Assembly: GCA_051294375.1 (NCBI GenBank)
Contig: CM119270.1
Location: forward strand, 17,171,904 to 17,235,903
DNA: 64,000 bases
Source of the DNA: Paraspadella gotoi
Lineage: Eukaryota > Animalia > Chaetognatha
Reading direction: 5' to 3'
Shown in pieces: positions 42,333-55,400 of the stretch (position 1 is its first letter; each line of letters starts with the position of its first letter). The position numbers and the translations under genes are program-made. Under the pieces are notes generated by a model, which was not told the origin of the DNA, did no database searches, and saw only the letters and a program-made list of their open reading frames with translations.

Positions 42333-42811
42333 AATGTCGCCTCCCGATTGTAAAACAAATCAAGATGAACGAAGCGGATTCGATATCGCATTTTATTTAC
42401 AAATTAATAAATGAGAAAAAGTGAAACAATATGACTCAGTGGATCTTCAGAAAGCTACAGTGAATTTTATTACATTGTTACATTATCATTATCATTGACT
42501 AATAATTCGTTATCTCGTTGCTGTTGACATCAGCGACAATCGTCCGTAAGGAATGGCAAAGTTCGAATGGCAAAATGAACTATTACCGATTTACAAATAA
42601 ATACATCGAGATTTTTGGTAATAAAAATATGCCATCCGACGAGATTATGAAATCTACTAGTATAAGAATCTCTACGTGATACGTATGTATGCATCGATAA
42701 AAATATACAGTTTTAAAGACAAAACTAAATTAAAGTGAAACAGCGATACAGTGATACAGTAGATACTTTTATAACCGGAAAGAGAGAATCGGTCGTCGTC
42801 CGAATTATTGG

Positions 42812-42850
<39 letters not shown>

Positions 42851-43139
42851 TTTCTAACAAAATCTACTTTTCATTTTCGTCCATTTTTCTTCAGGAGTCG
42901 TTCAGTTAAAATTTTTTTGAGATAGTCGCCACATCACGCAATAATATTCATTTTATATAATCCTCTCAACTTATAATTTATAAACTTATAACTATAATGA
43001 TAATCCTCTAAAATCCTCTTTTCTGTGCCAATTAAACCATCAAGTCTTCAATTCCATTCCTACCCACAAATTTCCCCACACTCCGTCTCCAGACTCTCCA
43101 CATCTGCCCACGTTTTCGTCCCCCCCCTCCACGCTTCCT

Positions 43140-43208
43140 TCAATGCGGAGATGCTTTGCTGAGATCGAGCGGCGCCTCCGTCCGCGAATCGCTTGACTTC
43201 ATCGTCTC

Positions 43209-43239
<31 letters not shown>

Positions 43240-44425
43240 GCCGGCGACAGACTTCGTCGCGGAGAATCAGGCGACGAACTTCGACTCGAATCTCGCGTCA
43301 TCCAAGGAAAAACGACGCCGGCTGAGGCGGCGCCATTTTGAGCCTCGGTTCCGGCGCCATCGCCGGCGTCGGTTCTCGCGCGCTTTTTGACAGGAACGAA
43401 AGCGGAAGGGACGTCGTCGGATTCTACGCCGCAGTTGCCGCTGCCGACGCCGCAGTTGCCGCTGCCGACACTGCCAACGCTGCTTCTCTTAAGTCCAAAG
43501 GATCCGTCCTCGGGAGAATTAGGAAGATGAAGCCGACGGTTGTCGGTCTCAAAAGCGTCGGTCGTCGTCGGCGACGTCTTGGTCGCTCCGGCGTCGTCGT
43601 CGGCGTCCTCATCGTTTCCGACGCTAAAACCGGCGCTATCGAAACCGGCGTCGTTTCTTTGCCTCAGACCGACGAAGGGATCGAAGGCTGGCACAGGCGG
43701 CGCCTCTCGCGGGCCGAAAAGGGCGCCGAGATGCGCGGCGGCGGAAAAACCGGCGCCGTCTCGAGAGTAAAAAGCGCCGGGTGGAACGAAGGGGGCCGCG
43801 GGATAAGCGGAGGCCCTCGTCGGCGTCGGGACCGGAGGAGGCGTGCCTCGACCGTTGGGAACGAAAGCACCGCCAGGGACGACGCCGCCGACGCCGCGGC
43901 CGCGCGTCTCCAGCAGTAGCTCCACCGTAGCGACGAGATCTCCGCCGCAGCCTCGCAGCAGCAGCTCCAGCACCTGAGGTCGGTGCTGCGGAAAAGCCAG
44001 GCGCAGCGAGTCCAGGGGCGAACCCAATCCTCCGACAGCCGCCGCCACCGCCGCCGCCGCTTCGCCCATCGGTGACGCCGCCGCCTTCCGAGGCGGAGAA
44101 CCGGCGCCGCCGCCCGGCCGAGGAGGGAAAAACGGCGTCAAATGGGGCCAATGTGGCGGAAACGGCGCGGATTCGACGGAAGGGCGTGGCGCCGAGGACG
44201 CCGGGGACAGTGGGCGCTGGCGCGGCGTCAAATCGAGGCGCGTGGGAGGATTCTTGCGCGATTTAGCGCCGGTTCGTGGCGCCGCGGAGAGCGGCGTGAT
44301 TGGCGCCGGCCGACGATCCTCTTCCTCTTCCTCCTCCGATTGGATTAAACCGCGTCGAGTCTCTTCTCTCACGGAGGAGGAATCGCTTCCGGTTTCTGAG
44401 GCGGCGTCATCGGGGTGGGTGGCGT
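43140..44425 (-). CDS. DMRT3-like gene, terminal exon (DMA domain; C-terminal PLDLS)
   Basis: Long open exon after the acceptor at 44426-44427. DMA domain [37 protein letters not shown]; ends ..[13 protein letters not shown]. Confidence 0.9.
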
Positions 44426-45005
44426 CTGTGATGGAGGATGGTGGGTTGAGGGGATGAGGGGGTGAGGGTGGAAGGTAGGCGCGGGTGGGGGAGGAGAGAA
44501 AAATATATACCGAGTGTAATTTAACGACATCGTTTTTAATATTTAACATTTTAACGGAGTTAGATTTAGATTTAGTTAACGATAAGTTTTTAAATTATGT
44601 CGTCGATGTTTTCAAAACATTAAATTCAATGGAAAAAAATCGAATTAGAAGAGGAACGAAAAAAAGTCTAAAAACATCCAAATGTTTTTGTTTCGAACGG
44701 AAATTTTCTGAATCCTACTTGAATGAATATTCATGTTCCTCTTTTCCGAGAAAAGCTTTCAGTGAGAGAGAGGGAGAGAGAGAGGGAGAGAGAGAGAGAG
44801 AGAGAGAAGAGAGAGATTCCAATATTCAAAAAATCTGATTTCCTCCAGTAATTTTTTTTGAAAAGGATGAGTAATCAACTCACGCTATTGTTCTCTTTTG
44901 AAAAAAAAGAGTAAGAGAGAGTGAGTCGGTGAGATTGAGTTAAAGCAAGAAAGGGGCGGTCGAATTAGAGAGAGAGACGTTTTGTGTTTTTTGAAAGGAT
45001 CCTTT

Positions 45006-45107
<102 letters not shown>

Positions 45108-45189
45108 GCTCGTTTCCGTTCGGCTTCAACTCGTGTTTTGACGAAGAGGAACTTCCTTTAAATGGGGTGGAGTGGTTTTGTGGAGCTAT

Positions 45190-45325
45190 GTAGTGGAGTG
45201 ATGGGATAGAGGGATGGTGTAGATCGAACTAGTGGAGCGATGGAGTAGAGCGATAGAGTAGAGCGATGGAGTGGAGCGATGGAGTGGAGCGATGGAGTGG
45301 AGCGAAGTAGTGGAGTGGAGCGATT
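45190..45325 (+). repeat. 13-bp minisatellite (GGAGTGGAGCGAT)n
   Basis: About seven units visible. Confidence 0.85.
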
Positions 45326-45766
45326 TGGTAGAACCGCGATTTAAAATTTAAAAGTTAAATATTCGGATAATAAAGGAATTCTGATAATTACTAATTAAGA
45401 GATACGAGTCCAATAATTTGTGGATGTGCTGTAAAGTGAAAGTTATTTTAACGAAAAGGCTTATAAAATGATTAATCATGTCTTACTTTATTAAATTTAC
45501 ACTAAAAATGGTCAAAACTAATCGATTCAAGTTTTAACAGTTTTAAAAATAAAAATTTTAGATTTTGATGCGCACACGGTAATGCCTTTAAACAGCATTA
45601 TCTATGTCGGGACTAGCTGTGTATTATAAGGTGTTTTTACTAATCTTGAAAAAAGCAATCAACTTTTTTCTTTCCTTTCAAGAAAACGGATACTCCTTCG
45701 TTGAATCAACGTTTCCTTTTTTTCGATTAATTCGCTTTAATCAGGCGCGCCACCGAAGATTCCTCT

Positions 45767-45837
<71 letters not shown>

Positions 45838-46664
45838 CTCCCTCCCTCCCTCCCCCTTTCTCTCTCTTCTCTTAACATAAAATCACTCCTTTTCAAAAAC
45901 TCGAAATTTTTTCGCCTCGGAAATTTTGTGGAAATCTGGAGAAAGGGAATTCGGTTTCATAACAAACGCGACATTTCTTGAAAGAGGAAAATTGGAATGG
46001 GGGGAGTTAAAAGGGGGGGTGGGGAGGTGAAGAAGCAATGGGAGATGGGGTGAAAAGGAAATAATGAAAGAGAGGCCGTTAAGGACAAGCTCAAGGATAG
46101 ATTGAAGAAAGTGAAGAAAGATTTGAAAACATAAAAGTTCACAGAAGAAAAGAAAAAAAGGAGTTTCAAAAGTGATGCCTCCTTATTTGATGGAGGCGTT
46201 ACGCATAAGTTCCATGAAATAGATATGCGATATTAAACAATAATACGTTGCTGCTATTTCAAAGTATTGAGACGGCAGTGACTAACTTTTCATTATCTTT
46301 TTTGTATATGATAGTATTTCATTAATTTTAAAGTATCAAACTTACAACACAAAATGGGTTTCATTATGTATACACGTTATCTGTCTAGTACTGTATAAAA
46401 ACTCTAACTGACCGAACCAAAAAGAGTCTTATACGGCTTATATTGCCCTAAAATATAAAAATTATTTAATTTTGTATGGATTATACGTATCTAAAAAGTT
46501 ACCCAAAAAACTGGCAGTATAAACAAACCGGCAATAGACAACTGACCGGACCAAAAAGAGACTCTATCACAGCTGCTTCGCAATTCAAACACAAAGAACC
46601 GAAATGGACAATTCGCTTTTCCAACACCCCGACCCCCCCTTTTTCTCTTTCCTTATTCCCCCAG

Positions 46665-47002
46665 GGCCACAAGCGCTACTGTCGCTTCCGCGACTGCATG
46701 TGCGAAAAATGCATCCTCATCGCGCGAACGTCAACGCATCATGGCGGCGCAGGTGGCGCTGCGACGTCACAACAGGCGCAAGAGGACACTAGCGTCCTCT
46801 TGATCGGAGATTTGGGAGGAGAGAGGGAGGGAGAAGGAGGAGGAGCGCGATGACGGCGGCGGAAACGTCTCTCCGACGCCGGGCGGCGGCGGCGGCGTTC
46901 TCGGCGCCCCGGCGGGCTTCGGCGGCGCGGCGTTTCCCCTGCGAGAAGCGGGCGTCGATAATCCGACGTCGGGAGAGAGAAAAGATTCGATGGAGGGAAG
47001 AG
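46665..47002 (+). CDS. DMRT3-like exon 2 (second half of the DM domain), copy inverted relative to the gene
   Basis: ccccag|[29 protein letters not shown](frameshift)[14 protein letters not shown](frameshift)QQAQED; donor gttag at 47003. Confidence 0.85.
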
Positions 47003-47416
47003 GTTAGATCGAGTTTCTTTGTTTGTTTGTTTGTTTGTTCGTATGTATGAGCTGGTTGTTATAATTGAATAATTCGCGAATCTTTGATAAACATTTTTTT
47101 TATTGGGCTTTGTTGTCATATTGCTATTAATGAGCTCACGGTTAAATGATTTATTTTCTTAACAGTATTTTTTTTTCTTTGTGGAAACTTAGTAGCTGAG
47201 TCGCTCTCTCCATTCGAGATTTTAAAATCCGTTTCTAAGTCAAAGACAAAATCCCCATCATTTGTTCCAAAGTTCCATTCCTCAGAACGACTCCCCTTTC
47301 ATAACTCCACACACAGGGGAAAATAAATCCCATCTCCACACAGAAATTGATGGAAATGGAAAGTGGGGCATCAGTCGTCTGCGTTACATGAGTCTTTTAC
47401 ATTAGCCGATTTCAAT

Positions 47417-47506
<90 letters not shown>

Positions 47507-47632
47507 CTCAACCTCCATTTAATGTTCCATTGTTGCCGTCACACGCATTTTCTCGGTTTACGCAAAGAGGGCAGCAGCGTTTAGCCTTTCCTTTCGATTC
47601 ATCCCTTGGATCACGTGACGGAGATGAGAGAG

Positions 47633-47717
<85 letters not shown>

Positions 47718-48357
47718 GGGATTAAATTCCTTCACCCGGACGAAAATGGTTTTTATTCCGTTTAGTGAGATCATTCGATTCCATGAGATCGCGATGCCAA
47801 AGCGGTTTTATAACGGTGTCATTGCGGTGCCATTGCGGTTTCAATACGGTCCCAATGCGGTGCTATTGCGGAGCCGAAACGGTTGTATTCTGACGATTCA
47901 AAAAATCTGTCCTTTGTGTTGTCACGATCGATGTCGCTGTCGGTTCCAAACTGTTTTTCTTTCCTTTTTTTCTTCCTTTTTTTGGGGCTTTCTTTCCTTC
48001 TTTATTTTTTTCTTTCTTTTGAGCGATTTTTTTATTTTTAAGTTTTTAAACTAATAATTTTTTTTTTAATATTTTTTCGAATGACCTGAAATTCGTGCGT
48101 GGAATTGTGCCTTGCGAATAATCTGAAATTCTGAAACAAAAAAAAAAGGCTCGGAATTGGCAAAAATTTTAAAACGTTTTTAAAAGTCTGCTTACTGCTT
48201 TGGGGAGAAAAAATGATATTCTACTTAGTTTAAAATTTTTCTTCATTATCGAATTTCGTTTGATAATTGATGCAAAATGTCGAAATTTTTTGTTCTTTGA
48301 TTTCGTTAAATTTCGAATTTGACGAATTTAATTTCATTTACGAACAAAATTTTTGCG

Positions 48358-48426
<69 letters not shown>

Positions 48427-48429
48427 GAA

Positions 48430-49370
48430 TGAAGTCTCATAGTAAAATGATAAAAAAGGGTTTTCCGACGACATCACAAGATGGTTTACTCTTATCTAAA
48501 TGGAAGAAGATGAATGTGGTTGAAGATGATCTAGTGTTCTGAATCAAGGTTGCTGGGAAAGGGAGCACCTCAAGGCAGGCATCCTAAGTCCAGATCTCTT
48601 CATTCTATATGTTGAAGACCTACCGGCCTTTCATGGTAAAAAACGTCAGAAGTGCTAAATATGCTGATGACACAACCATTTGGGCAAGTGGTAAAACTGC
48701 AAGGATCGCAGCAAAAAAAGATACAACCGGCTCCTTGATAAAGTTGTAAAATGGTGCTATGAATGGCAACTAACACTGTCACCGGGAAAGTCCATCACAA
48801 CTCTGTTCAGTAGATGCCAAAATCATTATGATGAGAACTTTGAATTTAAAATAGGAGATGACTTGGTCATCAGAAATCAACACTCAAGTTACTTGGAGTA
48901 GATCTAGATGAAAAACTTAATTGGGGTAACTACATCGATTCATTAATTGCAAAAGCATGGTCCAAAGTACTAATGATCAAGAAAATAGCAAAACACTTAA
49001 ATGATAGTAACCATAACATCTCAATGACAATTTACAATCTCTTACAGTTTCCCTTTTCCAATACTCTAGCATTGCATGGATTAATATGACACAACAACAT
49101 ATGGACAAAGTCGATAAGCTTCACATTCAAGCAATGAAAATACTATTGAACTTACCAATCCATACTCCAATCGCCTAGTCCTCGATGCAAGCAACTCTAC
49201 AAACCTCTCTGAAACCTGTTTTGCTTCTGCACTGAAGAGAATCCTAAACATCGCAGAAAAAAATGACCTTTTCGACGACATCATTCAAAAGATCAGATGA
49301 GGAGAATGTAAAAACTCACATTTCCCCTATGGAAACGGTTTCTCATAAACTTTGTTGTAAAAGTTTGTAT
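48430..49370 (+). mobile_element. Decayed non-LTR retrotransposon (LINE) reverse-transcriptase fragment
   Basis: GAPQG/ILSPDLFILYVEDLP, KYADDTTIW (about 48657), KVVKWCYEWQLTLSPGKS and YLGVDLDEKLNWGNYI, with frameshifts and stops; 5' truncated. Confidence 0.9.
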
Positions 49371-50354
49371 GAATGTTTCAGAAACAGGCATTAGATGTAC
49401 TATCGCAAAAACAACGACCGGAGGTTGGGATGGAAATTGCTGAAGGACTCGACCCTGAAGTCAGTGGACCTTCAGTGAGGACCACGCCACTTCGTGAATC
49501 TTCCAGGGAAAGGACGTGGCCGTCAGGCCCTCCGCCCTGGAGACAGCCAACAGGCCCTCTGCTCTGAACGTGGCCAATCGGCCAGTTCTGGAGTTGAATG
49601 CGGTCGAATAGACAGTAGAAAACTACAAATTTTAACTACATTGAATGATGTATTTGTTTATTGCCAAGGGATTCTTTAGAAAAAAGGGACACAGTCCTGC
49701 CTAATACTTGTGTACTATAAAGATTCTGTGTTTTAGTATTGGCCCTTCAGCATTATTAGACAAAAGGACCCATTAGACGTACTCGATACTGTCCAGGGTC
49801 AAGTGTATTCATTTCTATTTCTATTTCTATTCTCTCCTTTAAGGGAACATAATGACCAAAAATGAAAACATAAGTTTGGGCCTCTCTTCGGACGTGATGG
49901 TCGAAAGTTAGGGTCATTCTTTCGAGTTCGCTTTTGAAATCGGAAAAAAAATCCCATCTCCTTGTTGCAATGCGAACAAGGACGAGATAATTATTGGGAA
50001 AATTTTTCATTGATCTCCCCAAAATACTGATACCCTTCATGTGCTTACTTTTACATTGGAAGTAATTTTTCCATAAATTTCGATTTTTATTTGTTATATA
50101 CACCACACTATCCCCCTTTGCAGTCTTTCTACTCTTTGCTCTTTCCATCTCTCTCTCTCTCCCTTTCAATTTCTCCCTTTTAACTCTCTCCCTTTCCATT
50201 CTCCCCTTTCCTCTCTCCACCCCCCCCCCCATATAAGCCCCGCCCCCTTTTTTGCGATTTCGAATTTCTCCGTCAGACGTCAATTTTTTTCCTTCTTTTT
50301 TTTGACGGAGTAGAATCTATTGCGTCGTCGTCAGAGAAAACGGTTTCACTTTAA

Positions 50355-50460
50355 CGAATGGCAATTGACGAATGGCGATTGACGAATGGCGATTGACGAA
50401 TGGCGATTGACGAATGGCGATTGACGAATGTGAATTGACGAATGGCAATTGACGAACGAC
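50355..50460 (+). repeat. 14-bp minisatellite (GAATGGCGATTGAC)n
   Basis: Seven units; a related gaatggca motif occurs at 42551-42575. Confidence 0.9.
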
Positions 50461-50935
50461 AAAAGCGCTTTTAGTTTTACCCTGACGAATGGCACAATTC
50501 ATAGAAGGGTCGGAAACATGTTATTTCAAAATGGCATGCCCATGGTTTCTTTTTAATGCTCTTTATGGCAACATTTGATAACTGACAGGTAACTTTTCTA
50601 CAATCTAATGGTAAACGACAAATGTAAGTTTTCCTTTCCGCAACTGGCATTTTTTCGACTCCAAAAAAAGGCGAGAGTGGCATTATCGTCGAATGGCATC
50701 CCCGCATGATCGAAACCCCCCCCACCCCTCTCTTAACCCCCCCTTTTTTCCCAATTCCCCCCTCCGACAGTCGGCCGAAGTCAGCGGCATATGTTATTCA
50801 ATCAGGATTTGTTTGCTCGATTGTGGCTGCCATTAGGTAACCGAACCGCCTCCCAATACGGAGGCTAAATGGAAAGCGGGAAAAAACAGTCACCATTCGG
50901 TGGAGGCTTGGTCCATCGTTAAATGCTCACTCTCA

Positions 50936-51004
<69 letters not shown>

Positions 51005-52005
51005 TTTCTTTCTTTCTTTCTTTCTTTTTCTCTTCTCTCGCTTTGAGACTCTCTCGCTTTCATGCCCCTTTTTTTTTCTTTTTCACTATGGAAACNNNNN
51101 NNNNNNNNNNNNNNNNNNNNGCCTTTTTTTTTTGTTTCAGAATTTCAGATTATTCGCAAGGCACAATTCCACGCACGAATTTCAGGTCATTCGAAAAAAT
51201 ATTAAANNNNNNNNNNNNNNNNNNNNNNNNNNNNNNNNNNNNNNNNNNNNNNNNNNNNNNNNNNNNNNNNNNNNNNNNNNNNNNNNNNNNNNNNNNNNNN
51301 NNNNNNNNNNNNNNNNNNNNNNNNNNNNNNNNNNNNNNNNNNNNNNNNNNNNNNNNNNNNNNNNNNNNNNNNNNNNNNNATCGCTCAAAAGAAAGAAAAA
51401 AATAAAGAAGGAAAGAAAGCCCCAAAAAAAAGGAAAGAAAAAAAGGAAAGAAAAACAGTTTGGAACCGACAGCGACATCGATCGTGACAACACAAAGGAC
51501 AGATTTTTTGAATCGTCAGAATACAACCGTTTCGGCTCCGCAATAGCACCGCATTGGGACCGTATTGAAACCGCAATGGCACCGCAATGACACCGTTATA
51601 AAACCGCTTTGGCATCGCGATCTCATGGAATCGAATGATCTCACTAAACGGAATAAAAACCATTTTCGTCCGGGTGAGGAATTTAATCCCGTCTCTGTCT
51701 CNNNNNNNNNNNNNNNNNNNNNNNNNNNNNNNNNNNNNNNNNNNNNNNNNNNNNNNNNNNNNNNNNNNNNNNNNNNNNNNNNNNNNNNNNNNNNNNNNNN
51801 NNNNNNNNNNNNNNNNNNNNNNNNNNNNNNNNNNNNNNNNNNNNNNNNNNNNNNNNNNNNNNNNNNNNNNNNNNNNNNNNNNNNNNNNNNNNNNNNNNNN
51901 NNNNNNNNNNNNNNNNNNNNNNNNNNNNNNNNNNNNNNNNNNNNNNNNNNNNNNNNNNNNNNNNNNNNNNNNNNNNNNNNNNNNNNNNNNNNNNNNNNNN
52001 NNNNN

Positions 52006-52038
<33 letters not shown>

Positions 52039-52449
52039 ATTGAAATCGGCTTAATGTAAAAGACTCATGTAACGCAGACGACTGATGCCCCACTTTCCAT
52101 TTCCATCAATTTTTGTGTGGGAGATGGGATTTATTTTCCCCTGTGTGTGGAGTTATGAAAGGGGAGTCGTTCTGAGGAATGGAACTTTGGAACAAATGAT
52201 GGGGATTTTGTCTTTGACTTAGAAACGGATTTTAAATCTCGAATGGAGAGAGCGACTCAGCTACTAAGTTTCCACAAAAAAAAAAAAATACTGTTAAGAA
52301 AATAAATTATTTAACAGTGAGCTCATTAATAGCAATATGACAACAAAGACCAAATAAAAAAAAATGTTATCAAAGATTCGCGAATTATACAATTATACAA
52401 CCAGCTCATACATACGAACAAACAAACAATCACAGAAACTCGATCTAAC

Positions 52450-52810
52450 CTCTTCCCATCCATCGAATCTTTTCTCTCTCCGCTCAACGTCGGATTATCC
52501 GACGCCCGCTTTCTCGCAGGGGAAAACGCCCGCGCGCCTGAAAGCCCGCCCGCGGCGCCGAGAACGCCGCACGCCGCCGCCGCCGCCGCCCGGCGTCGAG
52601 AGACGTTTCCGCCGCCTATCGCCTCCTCCTCCTCCTCCTTCTCTCCTCCCTCTCTCCTCCCCAAATCTCCGATCAAGAGGACGCTAGTGTCCTCTTGGGC
52701 CTGTTGACGTCGCAGCGCCACCTGCGCCGCCATGATGCGTTGACGTTCCGCAGATGAGGATGCATTTTTCGTCACATGCAGTCCGCGGAAGCGACAGTAG
52801 CGCTGTGCTG
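52450..52810 (-). CDS. DMRT3-like exon 2 in gene orientation (indel-rich copy)
   Basis: [31 protein letters not shown]; the 5' part is frameshifted; donor at 52448-52449. Confidence 0.8.
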
Positions 52811-53618
52811 AGGGATCAGGAAAAGAGAAAAAATGGGGGGGGCGGGTTGGAAAAGCGAATTGTGCATTTCGGCTTCTTTGTGTTTAATTGCGAAGCATGT
52901 ATAAGTCTCTTTTTGGTCGGTCAGTTGTCCTATTTTTGCCGGTTTGTTTATCTGCCAGTTTTTGGGTAACTTTAGATACGTATATAATCGCATACAAAAT
53001 TAAATAATTTTTTATATTTTTAGGGCATTTTGTTTTAATTGTAAAGCAGCCGTATAAGACTCTTTTTGCGTCGGTCAGTTAATTTTTATACATACTAGAC
53101 AGATAAGTGGTATACTATGAAACCCATTTTGTGTGGTAAGTTTGATACTTGAATTTATGAAATACTATCATATAACTAAAACGATAATAAAAAGTTTAAG
53201 TCACTGCGTCTCAACACTTTGAAATTGAGCAGCAACGATATTATTGTTTAATATCGATATCTATTTCATGGGAATTATCGTACGCCTCCATCAAATAAGG
53301 AGGCATCACTTTGACTCCTTTTTTCTTTTCTCTGTGAACTTTTATGTTTCAAATCTTTCTTTACTTTCTTCATTTATCCTTGAGCCTCTCCTAATAACGC
53401 CTCCCCTTTCATTATTTTCTTTCACCCCACTCCCATTCTTCTTCACCTCCCCACCCCCTTTAACTCCCCCCATCCAATTTTCCCCTCTTTCAAGAAATGT
53501 CGCGTTTGTTATGAAAACCGAATTCCCTTTCTCAGATTTCCACAAAATTTCGAGGCGAAAAATTTTCGATTTTTTGAAAAGGAGTATTTATGTTAAGAGA
53601 GAGAAGAGTAGAGAGGGG

Positions 53619-53680
<62 letters not shown>

Positions 53681-53775
53681 GAAGAAGAGGAATCTTCGTG
53701 GCGCCTGATTAAAGCGAATTAATCGAAAAAAAGGAAACGTTGATTCAACGAAGGAGATCAGTTTTCTTGAAAGGA

Positions 53776-53811
<36 letters not shown>

Positions 53812-54203
53812 AGAAAGAAAGAAAGAAGAAGAAAGAAAGAAAGAAAGAAAAGAAAGAAAGAAAGAAAAAAAAAGATAAAAAAAAAAGAAAAGAGAGAGGG
53901 AAGAGAGAAGAGAAAAAAGAATGAAAAGAAAAAAGAAAGAAAACAGAAAAGTATCCCCAGTCACCATTCACCACGGCACACACAAAAATACCACACACAC
54001 ACACAAACACAAAAAAAAAAATTTCCCCGGCGAATTAACAATAACAAGAAGGAGAATGAAAAAGGCCCTCGAGGCACGGTGGTGGCCGACGGGGTTAGGG
54101 GTTCGTGGCCCACCCCTGAAATCGAGGCTGAAGGGAGGCGACCAGAGGGGCCCACCCATCTCGGAGTCAAGGGGGTGGACGATTTAAAGAGTGGATAGTC
54201 CAG

Positions 54204-54234
<31 letters not shown>

Positions 54235-54766
54235 GTTGTTCCAAATGTTCATAGATTCTACGGGAGTTGAAAAGTTAAAAATAGATTTTAAAATCCAACT
54301 CCGATTGTTCGAAAACCGAAATCAAAGCAGAGAGATCGTTTGACATCCATTGTACAATTACATAATTACATTATAATGTATACTCGCAAACCAAAAACGG
54401 ATCAATTAGTTATTCAACATAGTAAAGCGCAAATTAATAGTACACTTTACAAACGTTAACTGTGCAACATCTGACAAGCATCCAATATCTTGGCAGGAAA
54501 ATCCTAAGCTCCGCCCTTACGCCTTTCGGCCCTTCCCATTCTCCCTGATCCCGGGGGGACGCGATATCGGGCCCCTAGGGGTGAGCGAGGCATTTTGGTT
54601 CTTTGGTCGGTCGGTCGGTTGTCATACCCGTCGATTGATTGATTGATTAATCGATTGGTTTATTTTCTTAAAATTATGTAATAGTGTAATAGTGGAATAA
54701 TGTCGTTACGTCTGTCGTTGTCGGTCTGTTATCGAATCATGTGAAATTAGAAACAAATCGCACGTA

Positions 54767-55400
54767 TACTATCTAGGAAAAAAGTTAGAAACATTTTTAA
54801 ATTGAAGCGATATGCTACTGCGAAAACTTGCTCGATTTTAAAAAATCAGGATGTTTCAGATTCTACACTAAATTTCCTTTCAGTTGCTTCCTTCCATTTT
54901 TTTCATAGATCCAACCGTATAGAAGTTAGAGGCAAAATAAGATTGCTACCTCAAGTGAAAAATGGCGGAAAAAAATCGTCTTTAGTTTTCCAAAATTCCT
55001 TGGTATTGAGTTATTTGTTTCTATTTCAAATTGAGTTAGTTATTTTTTTCATTTTTTTAAATTTGATTATGCGAATAGACAGCCCCTCTCTTTGGTTGCA
55101 TAAAGGTGCAATTGTAGCTCTGAGAAAAGAGGGAAAGACGAACAATTCAAATTCAGCAATAGACTTGGAATCCCTCGTTCGGGGCTGAAAAGAATTGCGG
55201 CTAAAGGTGTGGAAAAACATTTCACCTTCGTACCTCAATTCGCTTTACGAGAGCATGCCCAGACGAATGCAGGCAGTGGTCGATGCCGAGGGAGGGCATA
55301 CCAAATATTGAGAATGTTTTACCCATGTTTTGTATATTTTTTAATTGAATAAAATGAACTTTTTAAAAAAAAAATGTTCTAACGTTTTTCCTAGATAGTA
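54767..55400 (+). mobile_element. Internally deleted Tc1/mariner (Tc1-type) transposon
   Basis: TIRs of about 30 bp, TACTATCTAGGAAAAA(A/C)GTTAGAA(A)CATTTT, flanked by TA on both sides. Retains an N-terminal-like piece (KGAIVALRKEGKT) and the Tc1 C-terminus LYESMPRRMQAVVDAEGGHTKY*, then AATAAA. Confidence 0.92.

Larger units (their letters stand above)
45664..53780. repeat. Large inverted duplication: arms 45664-48150 (+) and 51121-53780 (-)
   Basis: The arms are reverse complements differing by scattered indels. Both carry DM-domain exon 2, and the right arm starts at a 25-N gap. Confidence 0.92.

Noticed and set aside
46476-47119. A second, independent plus-strand DMRT gene
   Set aside because: Only exon 2 is present, inside an arm that duplicates 51121-53780 including intron sequence. 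There is no plus-strand exon 1 or DMA exon.
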